64,000 bases of DNA from an uncultured Candidatus Saccharibacteria bacterium (GCA_964655375.1 CAZZNB010000042.1:8564-72563), one strand, 5' to 3'; counted from the first letter of the stretch, positions 19,635 to 29,865 are shown. Numbers and translations: made by a program. Notes: generated from the letters alone by a model not told the origin.

Positions 19635-21076
19635 TGAAAAACTAAAATATCACCTATTTCAATATCTGTTTTTGTGTTTATAATTAAACCACAAAGATTT
19701 CCTTCTAAAACTTCCTTTACAGGTATTTTATTAGATTCTAAGCTTATAACTTTTCCTTTGCCTATTATGCTATTATCTCTTATAATAAGAGCTCTATCAT
19801 TTAAAGCTACCTTACCAGAAATTACCTTACCGCCAATTGTCTTTTTTGTAGAAGTTTTGCTAAAAGTCGCTAAAACTTCTAATTTTCCTTTTTCTGGTGA
19901 TTCTGTTCTTTTAATTTGGACAATTTCATTTAAAATATCTTCTAATTCATAAATTACTTTTACATCAATCAAGCTGAGGTTTAATGTTTTAACTTCTTCA
20001 TAAATAGCTTTAGGATTTTTTAGGTTAAAGGAAATTATAATAGAATTCGTATTTTTTGCTAATTTTAAATCTTCTGCAGTAACAATTCCTAAATCTCTTT
20101 TTATGATTTTAATGCCAATTTTTTGTTCTTCAGCAATTTTTCTTAATAATTTTTCGATTCCTTCTAAAGAACCTATAAGATCTGCTTTGATAATTAAAGA
20201 AATATCTAATGTTTTTTCTAGAGGTTCAATAATTATTGGTTTTTTGAAATTTAATTCTATCTCTTGTAATTCTTCTTTGATATTTTTTATGCTTGTTTTA
20301 TCTCCTATCTTAAAAATTTCTCCAGCAATAGGTAAATTTTCAAAAGTACCAATTAAAATAGGTGAAGAAGGCTCAGCATAATTTAAAGGCTTGCCAAATG
20401 GATTTTCAATAAATTTAATTTTTCCATAACTTGATGATGTAATTATGTAATCACCTATTTTAACTTTACCATCTAAAACTATACATCCTGCTAAAATTCC
20501 TCTTCTTGGATCTTTAATAGCTTCTAAAATATATCCTTCACCATCTTTATTTTCATCATATCTAAGCTCTAACATTTCAGCCATTATTAGAATGATTTCA
20601 AGCAAATCATCTATTCCTATTCCTTTTAAGGCTGAAATATTAACTGAAGGAATATCTCCTCCCCAATCTTCTAAAATTACTCCTAAATTACTTAGTTCCT
20701 TTTTTACTTTTTCTGGGTTAGCATTAGGTTTATCAATTTTATTTATAGCTACTATAAAAGGTAAATTGTTATTTTTGATAAGTTCTAATGATTCAATTGT
20801 CTGCGGTTTTACACCTTCATCGGCAGCAATGATTAAAATAGCGATATCAGCAACTTTTGCCCCCTTTTCTCTTAATTTTTCAAAAGCTGCATGACCCGGA
20901 GTATCTATGAAAGTTATTCTTTCTCCTTTGTATTCAATTTCATAAGCACTTACTTTTTGAGTAATTCCTCCTGCTTCTTCTTCGGTAATTTTTGTATTCT
21001 GAATAGTATCAAGTAAAGTAGTTTTCCCATGATCAATATGCCCAAATATTGTCACAATTGGTGGTCTTTTTTTCAT
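19631..21076 (-). CDS. infB: Translation initiation factor IF-2, short form beginning at the G domain
   Basis: [23 protein letters not shown], then DTPGH and NKID; 481 aa. Confidence 0.85.
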   Translation of the reverse strand: MKKRPPIVTIFGHIDHGKTTLLDTIQNTKITEEEAGGITQKVSAYEIEYKGERITFIDTPGHAAFEKLREKGAKVADIAILIIAADEGVKPQTIESLELIKNNNLPFIVAINKIDKPNANPEKVKKELSNLGVILEDWGGDIPSVNISALKGIGIDDLLEIILIMAEMLELRYDENKDGEGYILEAIKDPRRGILAGCIVLDGKVKIGDYIITSSSYGKIKFIENPFGKPLNYAEPSSPILIGTFENLPIAGEIFKIGDKTSIKNIKEELQEIELNFKKPIIIEPLEKTLDISLIIKADLIGSLEGIEKLLRKIAEEQKIGIKIIKRDLGIVTAEDLKLAKNTNSIIISFNLKNPKAIYEEVKTLNLSLIDVKVIYELEDILNEIVQIKRTESPEKGKLEVLATFSKTSTKKTIGGKVISGKVALNDRALIIRDNSIIGKGKVISLESNKIPVKEVLEGNLCGLIINTKTDIEIGDILVFQ

Positions 21077-21138
21077 GAAGTTATTAAAAATTAATTTGGT
21101 TAATTCAGATTAGACGTTTAATAGTAAAGAATTTTTAA

Positions 21139-21224
21139 GTGCCCGGGGAGGGATTCGAACCCTCACAGGCTTTAAAGCCCACTGGTCCCTAAAACCAGCG
21201 CGTCTTCCAATTCCGCCACCCGGG
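21139..21224 (-). tRNA. tRNA-Leu (anticodon TAG), class II with a long variable arm
   Basis: GCCCGGGTGGCGGAATTGG...CTGGTTTTAGGGACCAG...GAGGGTTCGAATCCCTCCCCGGGCA. Confidence 0.85.
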
Positions 21225-21337
21225 CAATTTAAAATTCCTTTCAATAAAATTATAAAAAATAAAACTTAAGAACCAAATTTTTTATTAAAATATTTTTAAA
21301 CCTTGAACATCCTAAGATGAATTTAAATATTTCAACT

Positions 21338-21369
21338 GGGACTATAAGGACATATGTTCTTATAGTCCC
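21338..21369. promoter_or_regulatory. 32-bp near-perfect palindrome in the divergent intergenic region; candidate operator
   Basis: GGGACTATAAG GACATATGTT CTTATAGTCCC. Confidence 0.35.
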
Positions 21370-21462
21370 AAGGTAATATTTTTATTCAAGTACAGAGTTA
21401 AATATTGTAATAAACCTAAAATTTTTCAGAAGTAAATAATTAATATCTTTTAAAATTATTAA

Positions 21463-22464
21463 ATGTATAAAATAGGAACCTGTGGATTACCAAATTCTGG
21501 GAAATCTACATTTTTGAAAACTGTTTCTAAAATAGATTTAGAAATAGGAAATTATCCCTTTACCACAAAAAAGCCTAAAATAGTAACAGCTTTAGTAATT
21601 TCAAAAAATTTATTAGATTTACATGCTATTACAAAAACTAAAGAATTAATTCCTGCTTATTTAGAATTTTCGGATATACCAGGACTTATAAGAGGTTCTC
21701 ATAAAGGATTAGGTTTAGGAAATGAATTTTTAAGTTATTTGAGAGCATGTGATATTATATTGGAAATAGTAAGAAATTTTGAAAGAATAGATGTTCCTCA
21801 TGTAGAAGGTAATATTGATCCAGAAAGGGATATTTTAATAATTGAAGAAGAAATAATTAAATCAGATCAAGTAATCATTGAAGAAGCTATAAAAAAATTA
21901 GAAAAAACTAAAAAAGATAAAGAAAAATTGGAAGCCTTGAAATTTATTTATGAAAAATTAGGACCATTTAAAAGATTTGAAGAATACCAAAGCCAATTGA
22001 AAGAATATAATCTTTTGATAACAAAAAAATGGTTTCTTTTAATTAATGGTAATAAGCAAATAGATTTAAATAAATTCAAAAATTTATGTTTTCATAATGT
22101 TTACCAATTAGATTGTTTATTTGAATTAGAAATAGAAGAAGATGAAGAAATTAAAAAAGAAATAGGTTCAAATATCCAGTGGTTTTTAAATGAATTTCGT
22201 AAAGATATAGACCTGATCGAGTTTTTTACTTTTACTAAAGAAATAACACAAAGCTGGTTTATAGAAAAAAATTCCTCAATTCTTGATTGTGCAAAAAAAA
22301 TCCACTCTGATTTTTATAATAAATTTAAAAGTGCAGAAGTTATTAATTTGGATAATTTTTTAAGTTTTTCAAATTGGGACGAAGCAAAAAGTAGGGGGGC
22401 TATAAAACAAGTAGGCAAAGATTATGTTATTCAAGAAGGTGATATTATTAAAATAATTATTTAA
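21463..22464 (+). CDS. YchF/Obg-family P-loop GTPase (ribosome-associated ATPase-like)
   Basis: MYKIGTCGLPNSGKSTF...NYPFTT; 333 aa. Confidence 0.65.
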   Translation: MYKIGTCGLPNSGKSTFLKTVSKIDLEIGNYPFTTKKPKIVTALVISKNLLDLHAITKTKELIPAYLEFSDIPGLIRGSHKGLGLGNEFLSYLRACDIILEIVRNFERIDVPHVEGNIDPERDILIIEEEIIKSDQVIIEEAIKKLEKTKKDKEKLEALKFIYEKLGPFKRFEEYQSQLKEYNLLITKKWFLLINGNKQIDLNKFKNLCFHNVYQLDCLFELEIEEDEEIKKEIGSNIQWFLNEFRKDIDLIEFFTFTKEITQSWFIEKNSSILDCAKKIHSDFYNKFKSAEVINLDNFLSFSNWDEAKSRGAIKQVGKDYVIQEGDIIKIII

Positions 22465-23057
22465 TAATAATAAATAGTTAAAATTACTGTATGCCTTAAG
22501 CCAAAATAATTTTCAGCTTCAAGGACAAATTTATTTGCGCCTTTTTTTAAAATTGCCTCTTTCTCAAAATATCCTTTTTCATCGTAAACAACAATTTCTC
22601 TATTTATAAAAAATTTGCTTCTTGGGTCTACATACCCCTTGATTTTAATAATTTTAGAATAGGAAATTGTATTATTTAGAGGAGAAATTATTTTTATTTT
22701 TGGAGGAATTATTAGAGTGAAAATCTGATATAAAACAAGAATAAGAAAACAAAAAAAGATGATTAGAATCATAGGCACTTCAAATTTAAGCTTATCTTTT
22801 ACAAGTGGTTTTTCCTTGTAAAAATTAACAAAGCTAATATTTCTTTCTTTGATAATTAAATCTTCTTTAGGCTTGAAAAAATCTTTATATTTTTTTAAAA
22901 TTTGTTTCAAAATAAAAGGAGGTAATTTATTAAATTCTCCTTTTTCTAATATTTCTACTTGACTAAGAGTTATTTTTAAAATTTTAGCTAATTCCTCTTT
23001 TGATAAATTAGCATTTTCTCTTAATTCTTTTAAATATTCATTCAATTTCACTTCCAT
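22461..23057 (-). CDS. RodZ-like protein: XRE-type HTH, one TM, then an extracytoplasmic domain
   Basis: N-terminal LKELRENANLSKEELAKILKITLSQVEILEKGEFNKLP followed by one TM. Confidence 0.5.
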   Translation of the reverse strand: MEVKLNEYLKELRENANLSKEELAKILKITLSQVEILEKGEFNKLPPFILKQILKKYKDFFKPKEDLIIKERNISFVNFYKEKPLVKDKLKFEVPMILIIFFCFLILVLYQIFTLIIPPKIKIISPLNNTISYSKIIKIKGYVDPRSKFFINREIVVYDEKGYFEKEAILKKGANKFVLEAENYFGLRHTVILTIYYY

Positions 23058-25221
23058 TTATATTTTCTTTAAATTCTTCTATATTTTCAATTAATATTTT
23101 GCGAGGTTTAGTTCCCTCCTGTGGGCCTACTATTCCTTTTTCTTCTAAAATATCCAAAATTCTAGCTGCTCTTGAATATCCTATCTTTAATTTTCTTTGT
23201 AAAAGCGAAGTAGAAGCCTTCCCTGTTTCTAAAATTATTTGAAATGCAGCTTTAACTAATTCCTCCTCTGTCTCTTCAGTTTCTAAAGTATCTTTTGGTT
23301 TTTCATATTCTTCTAAAGAAATTTCTTCTTTTTCAAAATCTTCTTTTTCTAAAGCTTGTTTTGCCCAAAAATCAACAATCCTTTCTATCTCTTTTTCTGT
23401 AACAAGTGGTGCCTGTATTCTTTTCATGCCGCCAAATATATTACTTATAAAAAGCATATCTCCTGCACCTATTAATTTTTCAGCTCCACTATAATCTAAG
23501 ACAGTTCTTGAATCAACTTGAGAAGCAACTTTGAAACATATCCTATTAGGAATATTAGCTTTGATTAAACCCGTAACAACATTTACTGAAGGCCTTTGTG
23601 TAGCTAAAACTAAATGGATCCCTGTTGCTCGTGCCATTTGAGCTAATCTAACTATAGCAGATTCTATAAGGTTTCCTTGTTTTATCATAAGGTCAGCCAT
23701 CTCATCTATAATAAAGATAATTCTCGGCATTATTTTCCTCTTTTTTTGAATTTGTAACTTATTATAAGAATCAATATCGCGCACTCTATAATTTTGAAAT
23801 TCTTTATATCTTTTTTCCATTTCATCTATCAACCAGTTCATCACTGAAACAACTTTTTTGACATCTAAAATAGGATCCATCAGAAGATGGGGCAAATTTT
23901 CATATCTAACAAGCTCTATCCTTTTAGGATCTACTAATACTAAATTTAAAACTTCTGGTGTGTTTTTCATTAAGAGAGATATTAATAAAGAATGAATAAA
24001 AACTGATTTTCCTGCGCCTGTAGTTCCAGCTATCAAAATATGTGGCATAAGCGCAAGATCCGCATAAAATGGCTCTCCTGTTATTAATCTTCCTAAGGGG
24101 AAAAGTAATAAACTTTCACTTTCCAAAAATTCAGGGTTTTCAATTAAAGATCTTAATCTTACAATTGCTGATTTAATATTTGGAACCTCAATCCCTATTA
24201 AGGCCCTTCCAGGAATAGGAGCTTCCATTCTTATATTTTGGACTGCTAAGGCTAAAGCTAAATCATTTTGCAAAGCTAAAATTTTAGAAAGTTTTACTCC
24301 CTCTGGCGGTTTTATTGCATATCTTGTTACAGTTGGCCCAATTGTAACCTCTACTACCTCTACATTAATTCCAAAATTTTCAAATGTAGTTTTAATAATT
24401 TCTATATTTTCTTTAATATCACCGCTATCAGGCCTGCTTTCTGTTTTATCTAATAAAGAAATAGGTGGTAGTTCCCATGATGTTTTTATTGGCAATTTTT
24501 TCAACCTTATTTCTTCTTTAACTTCTTGTTTTATTTTTGTTGGCCTTATGATTTCCGGAGACTTTGTAATTTCCTTCTTTTCTTTAATCTCCTTCTTTAC
24601 TTCTTTTGTATAATCTTCTATTTCAACTCCCTCCTTTTTGAATCTTTGTAAAATTAAACTTAAAATTTCTGAAAAGGGTTTTTGGAAAATAATACTTAAA
24701 GATATAAATGATAAAATAATTAAAACAATAGCCAACCCTAATCTTCCTAAATAATTTTCAAAAGATAATAACCATTTACCAATAACCCCTCCATCTTGAA
24801 AAATAATTTCAGAAAAAACAGAGAACACTAAAAACAAAACTAAAAGAGCTAGCGAACTACTTATCTTCCAATTAATATTAAATCTTAATAACCAGCTTAT
24901 TCCTAAAAATAGAAATAGTAAAATTAGTCCAAAATGTGATATTCCAAAAATTTTAATAATAAAATTTTTATAATAATTTCCTAAAACTCCGCCCTTATTA
25001 AAGTCTGAAATGACTGTAAAGATTGATAAAAATATAAATAGCCATCCTAAAATCTCTGTAAACAAATAGCTGTCTTTTAATTTATTTAAGGCCTCTAAAA
25101 TCTCTTTTATTTTTTGAGGCTTTTCTTTATTGTTTTTTTTCATAAAAATATTATAAAACTTGACAAAAAAATATATAAGCTTTAAAATTTTATTAGAAAT
25201 TTGAAATTTAGTTATCCACAA
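23038..25221 (-). CDS. ftsK: DNA translocase FtsK/SpoIIIE
   Basis: N-terminal TM helices, Walker A AGTTGAGKSVF and a gamma winged-helix domain at the C-terminus. The likely true start is the MKKNNKEK methionine near 25143. Confidence 0.9.
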   Translation of the reverse strand: MWITKFQISNKILKLIYFFVKFYNIFMKKNNKEKPQKIKEILEALNKLKDSYLFTEILGWLFIFLSIFTVISDFNKGGVLGNYYKNFIIKIFGISHFGLILLFLFLGISWLLRFNINWKISSSLALLVLFLVFSVFSEIIFQDGGVIGKWLLSFENYLGRLGLAIVLIILSFISLSIIFQKPFSEILSLILQRFKKEGVEIEDYTKEVKKEIKEKKEITKSPEIIRPTKIKQEVKEEIRLKKLPIKTSWELPPISLLDKTESRPDSGDIKENIEIIKTTFENFGINVEVVEVTIGPTVTRYAIKPPEGVKLSKILALQNDLALALAVQNIRMEAPIPGRALIGIEVPNIKSAIVRLRSLIENPEFLESESLLLFPLGRLITGEPFYADLALMPHILIAGTTGAGKSVFIHSLLISLLMKNTPEVLNLVLVDPKRIELVRYENLPHLLMDPILDVKKVVSVMNWLIDEMEKRYKEFQNYRVRDIDSYNKLQIQKKRKIMPRIIFIIDEMADLMIKQGNLIESAIVRLAQMARATGIHLVLATQRPSVNVVTGLIKANIPNRICFKVASQVDSRTVLDYSGAEKLIGAGDMLFISNIFGGMKRIQAPLVTEKEIERIVDFWAKQALEKEDFEKEEISLEEYEKPKDTLETEETEEELVKAAFQIILETGKASTSLLQRKLKIGYSRAARILDILEEKGIVGPQEGTKPRKILIENIEEFKENINGSEIE

Positions 25222-25256
25222 TTAAAACTTGACTTTTAAAATATATGCCTTATAAT
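25212..25256 (+). promoter_or_regulatory. Candidate sigma70-type promoter for the surface-protein gene, preceded by a TTATCCACA box
   Basis: TTATCCACA at 25212-25220, then 8 nt, then TTGACT at 25229-25234, a 16-nt spacer, and TATAAT at 25251-25256. Confidence 0.5.
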
Positions 25257-25373
25257 TATTCTAAATAACAATTAAGGTCGCAATTAAATAATTAAATTAA
25301 TAAATTGATTAACAAATAACCTACGCTCGTGCCCATAATTGTGGCAGAGCAATAAGGTCGATTAAAAAATAAT

Positions 25374-27335
25374 ATGGAAATGAAAAAATCTTTAGTTTAC
25401 CTTGTAGCCTTTGCTACTTTATTTTATTTTCTATCACCAGTCGGTTTATTAAAAGCACAAACTTGTGATCCAGACGCTTTAAGCGCTGTTAAAAATCCTC
25501 AAAATGTTTTAAGGTTTGGTGCAAGAAATTCAGCAGTTAGAAACTTACAAGCTTGTTTAATAGAAGCAGGATATAATATTCCTGCAGGTGCTACAGGCTA
25601 TTATGGTACTCAAACAAGAAGTGCAGTAAAAGAATTTTATGCGGAATGGTATGGAGCATGGCATGGAAATTGGGTAGGTCCTCAAGGAGTAAGTCAACTT
25701 GTAAGTCTTGTTAAAGGTGTACAAGAAGAAGTTGTAACAGAACAACCTGAACAACCAACAACAGGAATTTCACCAGATTTATTAGCTCAAGTATTACAAA
25801 AAATTCAGGCTGGTGATATTCAAGGAGCTTTAAGCTTATTATTAGCTGCCTTAGGAGGTGCTCAACTTCCTCCAACAACACCTGAACAACCTACAGCTGA
25901 GCAACCAACACAACCTGAGCTTGCAGGAGAAGCAACAGTAGAAGTTAGGCTAGCAGCAGTTCCAGGTGGTGGTGTGGTTATAAAAGAAGGTGAATCAGCT
26001 GATGTTTTAGGTGTTAGAGTTATTTCTAAAAATGCACCTTCTGAAGTTCAAAGATTAAGAATGGTTTTGACCTCTAATGTAGTACCTACAAAATTGTTCA
26101 ATTCCTTTGATCTATATGTTGGTAATGAAAAAGTTGCTTCTCTTCCTGCAAATGAATATAATCGAACTGACGTCTCAACATATGAATACACATTTACAGG
26201 CTTAAAAGTAAGAGTACCTGCTAATGGAGAAGTAACTTTAGTTGTAAGAGTTAATGTCAACCCAACAGTAGATAGCGGAGATATTAATAATGCTGGTACC
26301 TTATCTTTAGAAGTTAGAAGTGGCGACTTAAGAGCTGTAGATGGCGCTGGAATTCAACACACTCCTAGCGTAACTGGTACAGTAAAAAGAGAGTTTTCTG
26401 TAGAAAAAATCACTCCATCTGGAGTAGCTTTAGTAATCTACAAAGATCAAGCATCACCTGCTTCAAATAATTTTGCTGCTGATGCAAACAGAGATGTTAA
26501 AAATGTAGAACTTGTAAGATTTGTTTTAAGAGCAGATAATGATACTCTAAAGGTATTAAAAATAGAAATTCTTCCTACTTTTAGTAACTTAACTGTATCT
26601 TCTCTTAAGTTAGTTGATGCTAATGATAATACTATTGATAGTGTAACTAATGTTACTTCTGGGACAACCACTGAATTTGCTGCAGTAGATTTTGCTACTC
26701 CATTAATAACTATTAATAAAGATCAAAAAGTTGTTTTGAAAGTTGTGGGTGACTTAAAAGTTGATCAAAGTCTAGCTACTGAAACACCAGCTACCATTCA
26801 AGTGACAGTAACAGCAGCTGAAGCAGAACGAGCATCAGATCAAGGCGGTCAACCTTCTACTGGTAGTGCTACAGGAGATACTCAATATATCTATAGGGTA
26901 GTAGCTGCTCAGTGGAAAGTATTAGAAGCTTTAGCTTCTGCTACAAGGGGTGAAAATGAGCCCACTTCTACATTAAATGCAGTCTTTAAAGTTCAAATAA
27001 CTGCTCAAAGAGGCGATGTATATATCCCTCAAAGTGGTGCCTTTACTGCTTCATCTACAGGAGCAGCTACAGTCGATATGGGAAGCCCAGATGTTACTCC
27101 AATTAGCGGAGTTGAAACTAGTGGTGCCTATTACGTAGTTAGAAATGGAAATACTGGTGTATTAGAAGTAAAATTTGCTAAGACACCAGATTCATGGACT
27201 CCAGGATGGTATCAAGTTAAATTAAATACTATGAAGTGGGATAATGACGAGACTCCTAGTACAGAAATGTCTACAACTTTCCCAGGAACTGTTGAAACTA
27301 AGACTCTAACAAATTCTGTGTATATTTCTAAGTAA
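25374..27335 (+). CDS. Secreted surface or cell-wall-associated protein with an N-terminal peptidoglycan-binding (PG_binding_1-like) domain, a Pro/Thr/Gln linker and a beta-rich body
   Basis: Signal peptide, then a PG-binding-like segment (LRFGARNSAVRNLQ...GYYGTQTRSAVKEF) and a linker (EQPEQPTT...PPTTPEQPTAEQPTQPE). G+C content is visibly higher than in flanking genes. A strong terminator follows. Confidence 0.6.
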   Translation: MEMKKSLVYLVAFATLFYFLSPVGLLKAQTCDPDALSAVKNPQNVLRFGARNSAVRNLQACLIEAGYNIPAGATGYYGTQTRSAVKEFYAEWYGAWHGNWVGPQGVSQLVSLVKGVQEEVVTEQPEQPTTGISPDLLAQVLQKIQAGDIQGALSLLLAALGGAQLPPTTPEQPTAEQPTQPELAGEATVEVRLAAVPGGGVVIKEGESADVLGVRVISKNAPSEVQRLRMVLTSNVVPTKLFNSFDLYVGNEKVASLPANEYNRTDVSTYEYTFTGLKVRVPANGEVTLVVRVNVNPTVDSGDINNAGTLSLEVRSGDLRAVDGAGIQHTPSVTGTVKREFSVEKITPSGVALVIYKDQASPASNNFAADANRDVKNVELVRFVLRADNDTLKVLKIEILPTFSNLTVSSLKLVDANDNTIDSVTNVTSGTTTEFAAVDFATPLITINKDQKVVLKVVGDLKVDQSLATETPATIQVTVTAAEAERASDQGGQPSTGSATGDTQYIYRVVAAQWKVLEALASATRGENEPTSTLNAVFKVQITAQRGDVYIPQSGAFTASSTGAATVDMGSPDVTPISGVETSGAYYVVRNGNTGVLEVKFAKTPDSWTPGWYQVKLNTMKWDNDETPSTEMSTTFPGTVETKTLTNSVYISK

Positions 27336-27357
27336 GTTTTTGGTAGTTTTTTGCACT

Positions 27358-27395
27358 AAAGGCCCCGGCTAACAACGCCGGGGCCTTTAGTTTCA
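27358..27395 (+). terminator. Rho-independent terminator
   Basis: GGCCCCGGC, loop TAACAAC, GCCGGGGCC, then TTTAGTTTC. Confidence 0.85.
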
Positions 27396-27672
27396 TATTT
27401 AAAAAATATATAAATTTTAAACTTAAAATAATCAGCACGCTACAATTAATTTATAAAAAAAGAATTACCTCACATCAAAGAAAAAAATTATTTACATCTA
27501 ATAAAATTAAAAAATATAATGAAATTTTAATTCCATAAACTTGTTAATTGGAATAAATCAAGTTTATTTCCTTTGTTTCCAATGTTCTTTCATAAAACAA
27601 AAGATTTTATAGATTAGAAAATTTTTATCAAATAAGGTTTTGTAGAAATATAAAAACTTTTATAATTAAATA

Positions 27673-29739
27673 ATGACTAAAGAGGAAAAAACAATTTTAT
27701 TTTTAATAAAAATAATTCTTTTTTTAGTACCTTTTAGTTTAGTTTTAGTTTGCCCTGGTTCTTTTTGTTCCTTTAATTTATTTTTCCCATATATAACAGG
27801 GAAAGCTATTTATTTCAGAATCTTGATTGAAATAGCCTTTGCCTTAACTTTAATTTTGATTATCAAAAATATTAATTATCTTCCTAAAAAAAATGAATAT
27901 ATCTTTTGGGCAGCAATAATTTTAGTCTTAGTAAATCTTTTTTTAATTCCTTTTTCTTTAAGGCCCTACTTATCTTTTTGGGGGAATGCTGAGAGGATGG
28001 AAGGTTTTTGGGGGTTATTGCATTTTGTTTTGTGGTTTTTAGTTTTATATATAGTTTTTAGAATAGATCCTGAATTTAAAAAAACAATTTTTTATTCTTT
28101 ATTAATCGTTCATTATATAGTTTCACTAAAAGAAGTATCTCAATACCTTCAAGGAATAAACCGCCCCGATTCAACTTTTGGCAATGCTACTTTTGTAGGG
28201 TTTTTCTCTGTTTTAATGTTTTTTATCTCTTTATACTTTTTAAAAAATTCAACTACTCTCGAGAAATTTTTAATATTTATTGCTATCGCTTTTTCAATTG
28301 GTAATATTATTATTTCAGAAACCAGAGGATCGATCTTGGCTTTAGGTATAGCTATACCAATAGCTCTTCTTTATTATTTCTTAACTTCTAATACAAAGCT
28401 TAGTTATAAAGTTTTATTATTACTTTTAATATTTTCTTTTTTAATATTTGCTTATTATTTTGTTAATTCTGAATATGCAAAATATATTCCTGGAATAAGA
28501 AGAATTTATGATACTTTTAGAGATCCAAGAGCTTATATGGCAAGATATTTAGCTTGGAGTATATTTATAAATGCCTGGAAAGAGAAACCTATTTTAGGGT
28601 ATGGATTAGAAAATTCACCTATAGCCTATTTTAAGGCTTTCAACCCTGAAATTTATAATTATGAAGAAGTTATTTTTGATAGACCTCATAATAAATATAT
28701 AGAAATTTTAGTAACTACAGGAATAATAGGAGCATTAATTTGGTTTATATTTATTCTCGCTATATTTTATGCAATTTTTATAAATCTTAACGATAGATAT
28801 TTAAAGGCAGTTATTTTAGGATTTATTTTAGGTTATTTAGGACAAAATATTACTTTATTTGATATTCAAGCAAGTTATATTCCTTTTTTCTTCGGTCTTT
28901 CTTTATTAGCTCCTAAAATAAATTTCATAAAAGAAAGAAAAAGCTATGAGAGATTATCCTTAACTGTTTTGATCTATGGACTGTTGGTTATAGGAATTAT
29001 TATTAATTTAATGCATTTTTATTTTGTTTATGAAATTATAAAAGCTGTTCAAGCTCAATATCCAAATGGTTTAGAAAAATTCGAAAAGCTAATTTCTTAT
29101 AATACACAATTTATTCCTGAAATAGCAGTAATGACAAGTAGATATATAGAAGCTAACATAGCTAAAATAAGGTTCATAGATGAAGTAAATAGGATTACAA
29201 AAATTTATATTAAAGCCTTAGAAAAAGATCCATATGATGCAAGAATTTACAATATTTTAACTTTTCATTTAAGTAGGGTTGTAAATGCAAAAAGACTTAG
29301 CAATTTAGAGTATCAAGACGATCTAAGGTTGCTTTATGCAATATTTAATAAATATATAGAAATTTATCCTAAATACCCTGATATTCGGATGCAATATGCT
29401 GGTGTTTTACAATCTTTAGGTGAAATGGATAAGGCAAAAGAAATTTTAGAAAATCTTAAAATAACTTATAGAGATTCAACAAGAATCATTTTTCTTTTAG
29501 CTAATTTATATTATCAGATAGGTGAAAAAGAAAAAGCTTTGGAGCTTTTAAGAGAAAATTTTGCACGGAAATTTTATCCTCAAACACCAGTTCAATATCT
29601 TATTGCCATAAGAATCTTAAAAGAGACAGAAAATTTAGACGAAGCTTATAAGTTAATAGAGGAATATAAAAACAAGTTCAAAGATGCAGATTCTATAGAA
29701 ATTCTTAATCAAATTTTAAAACAAAATAAAAATCCTTAA
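27673..29739 (+). CDS. O-antigen-ligase (Wzy_C)-family polytopic membrane protein with C-terminal TPR repeats; possible O-oligosaccharyltransferase
   Basis: More than 10 TM helices. Wzy_C signature DRPHNKYIEILVTTGIIG. The TPR-like C-terminal half includes YYQIGEKEKALELL. Confidence 0.5.
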   Translation: MTKEEKTILFLIKIILFLVPFSLVLVCPGSFCSFNLFFPYITGKAIYFRILIEIAFALTLILIIKNINYLPKKNEYIFWAAIILVLVNLFLIPFSLRPYLSFWGNAERMEGFWGLLHFVLWFLVLYIVFRIDPEFKKTIFYSLLIVHYIVSLKEVSQYLQGINRPDSTFGNATFVGFFSVLMFFISLYFLKNSTTLEKFLIFIAIAFSIGNIIISETRGSILALGIAIPIALLYYFLTSNTKLSYKVLLLLLIFSFLIFAYYFVNSEYAKYIPGIRRIYDTFRDPRAYMARYLAWSIFINAWKEKPILGYGLENSPIAYFKAFNPEIYNYEEVIFDRPHNKYIEILVTTGIIGALIWFIFILAIFYAIFINLNDRYLKAVILGFILGYLGQNITLFDIQASYIPFFFGLSLLAPKINFIKERKSYERLSLTVLIYGLLVIGIIINLMHFYFVYEIIKAVQAQYPNGLEKFEKLISYNTQFIPEIAVMTSRYIEANIAKIRFIDEVNRITKIYIKALEKDPYDARIYNILTFHLSRVVNAKRLSNLEYQDDLRLLYAIFNKYIEIYPKYPDIRMQYAGVLQSLGEMDKAKEILENLKITYRDSTRIIFLLANLYYQIGEKEKALELLRENFARKFYPQTPVQYLIAIRILKETENLDEAYKLIEEYKNKFKDADSIEILNQILKQNKNP

Positions 29740-29760
29740 TTTTAATAGAAAATAAAAGTA

Positions 29761-29789
29761 TTGACATTTAAAAATTCATCGATTATAAT
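29761..29789 (+). promoter_or_regulatory. Candidate sigma70-type promoter for rpoB
   Basis: TTGACA, a 17-nt spacer, then TATAAT. Confidence 0.55.
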
Positions 29790-29865
29790 TTTAGTATATA
29801 ATCTTATTTTTTAATGAAAAAATAAATATTTTTTCTAGTATAAAGCTTTTATTCAAAAAGTTTAT

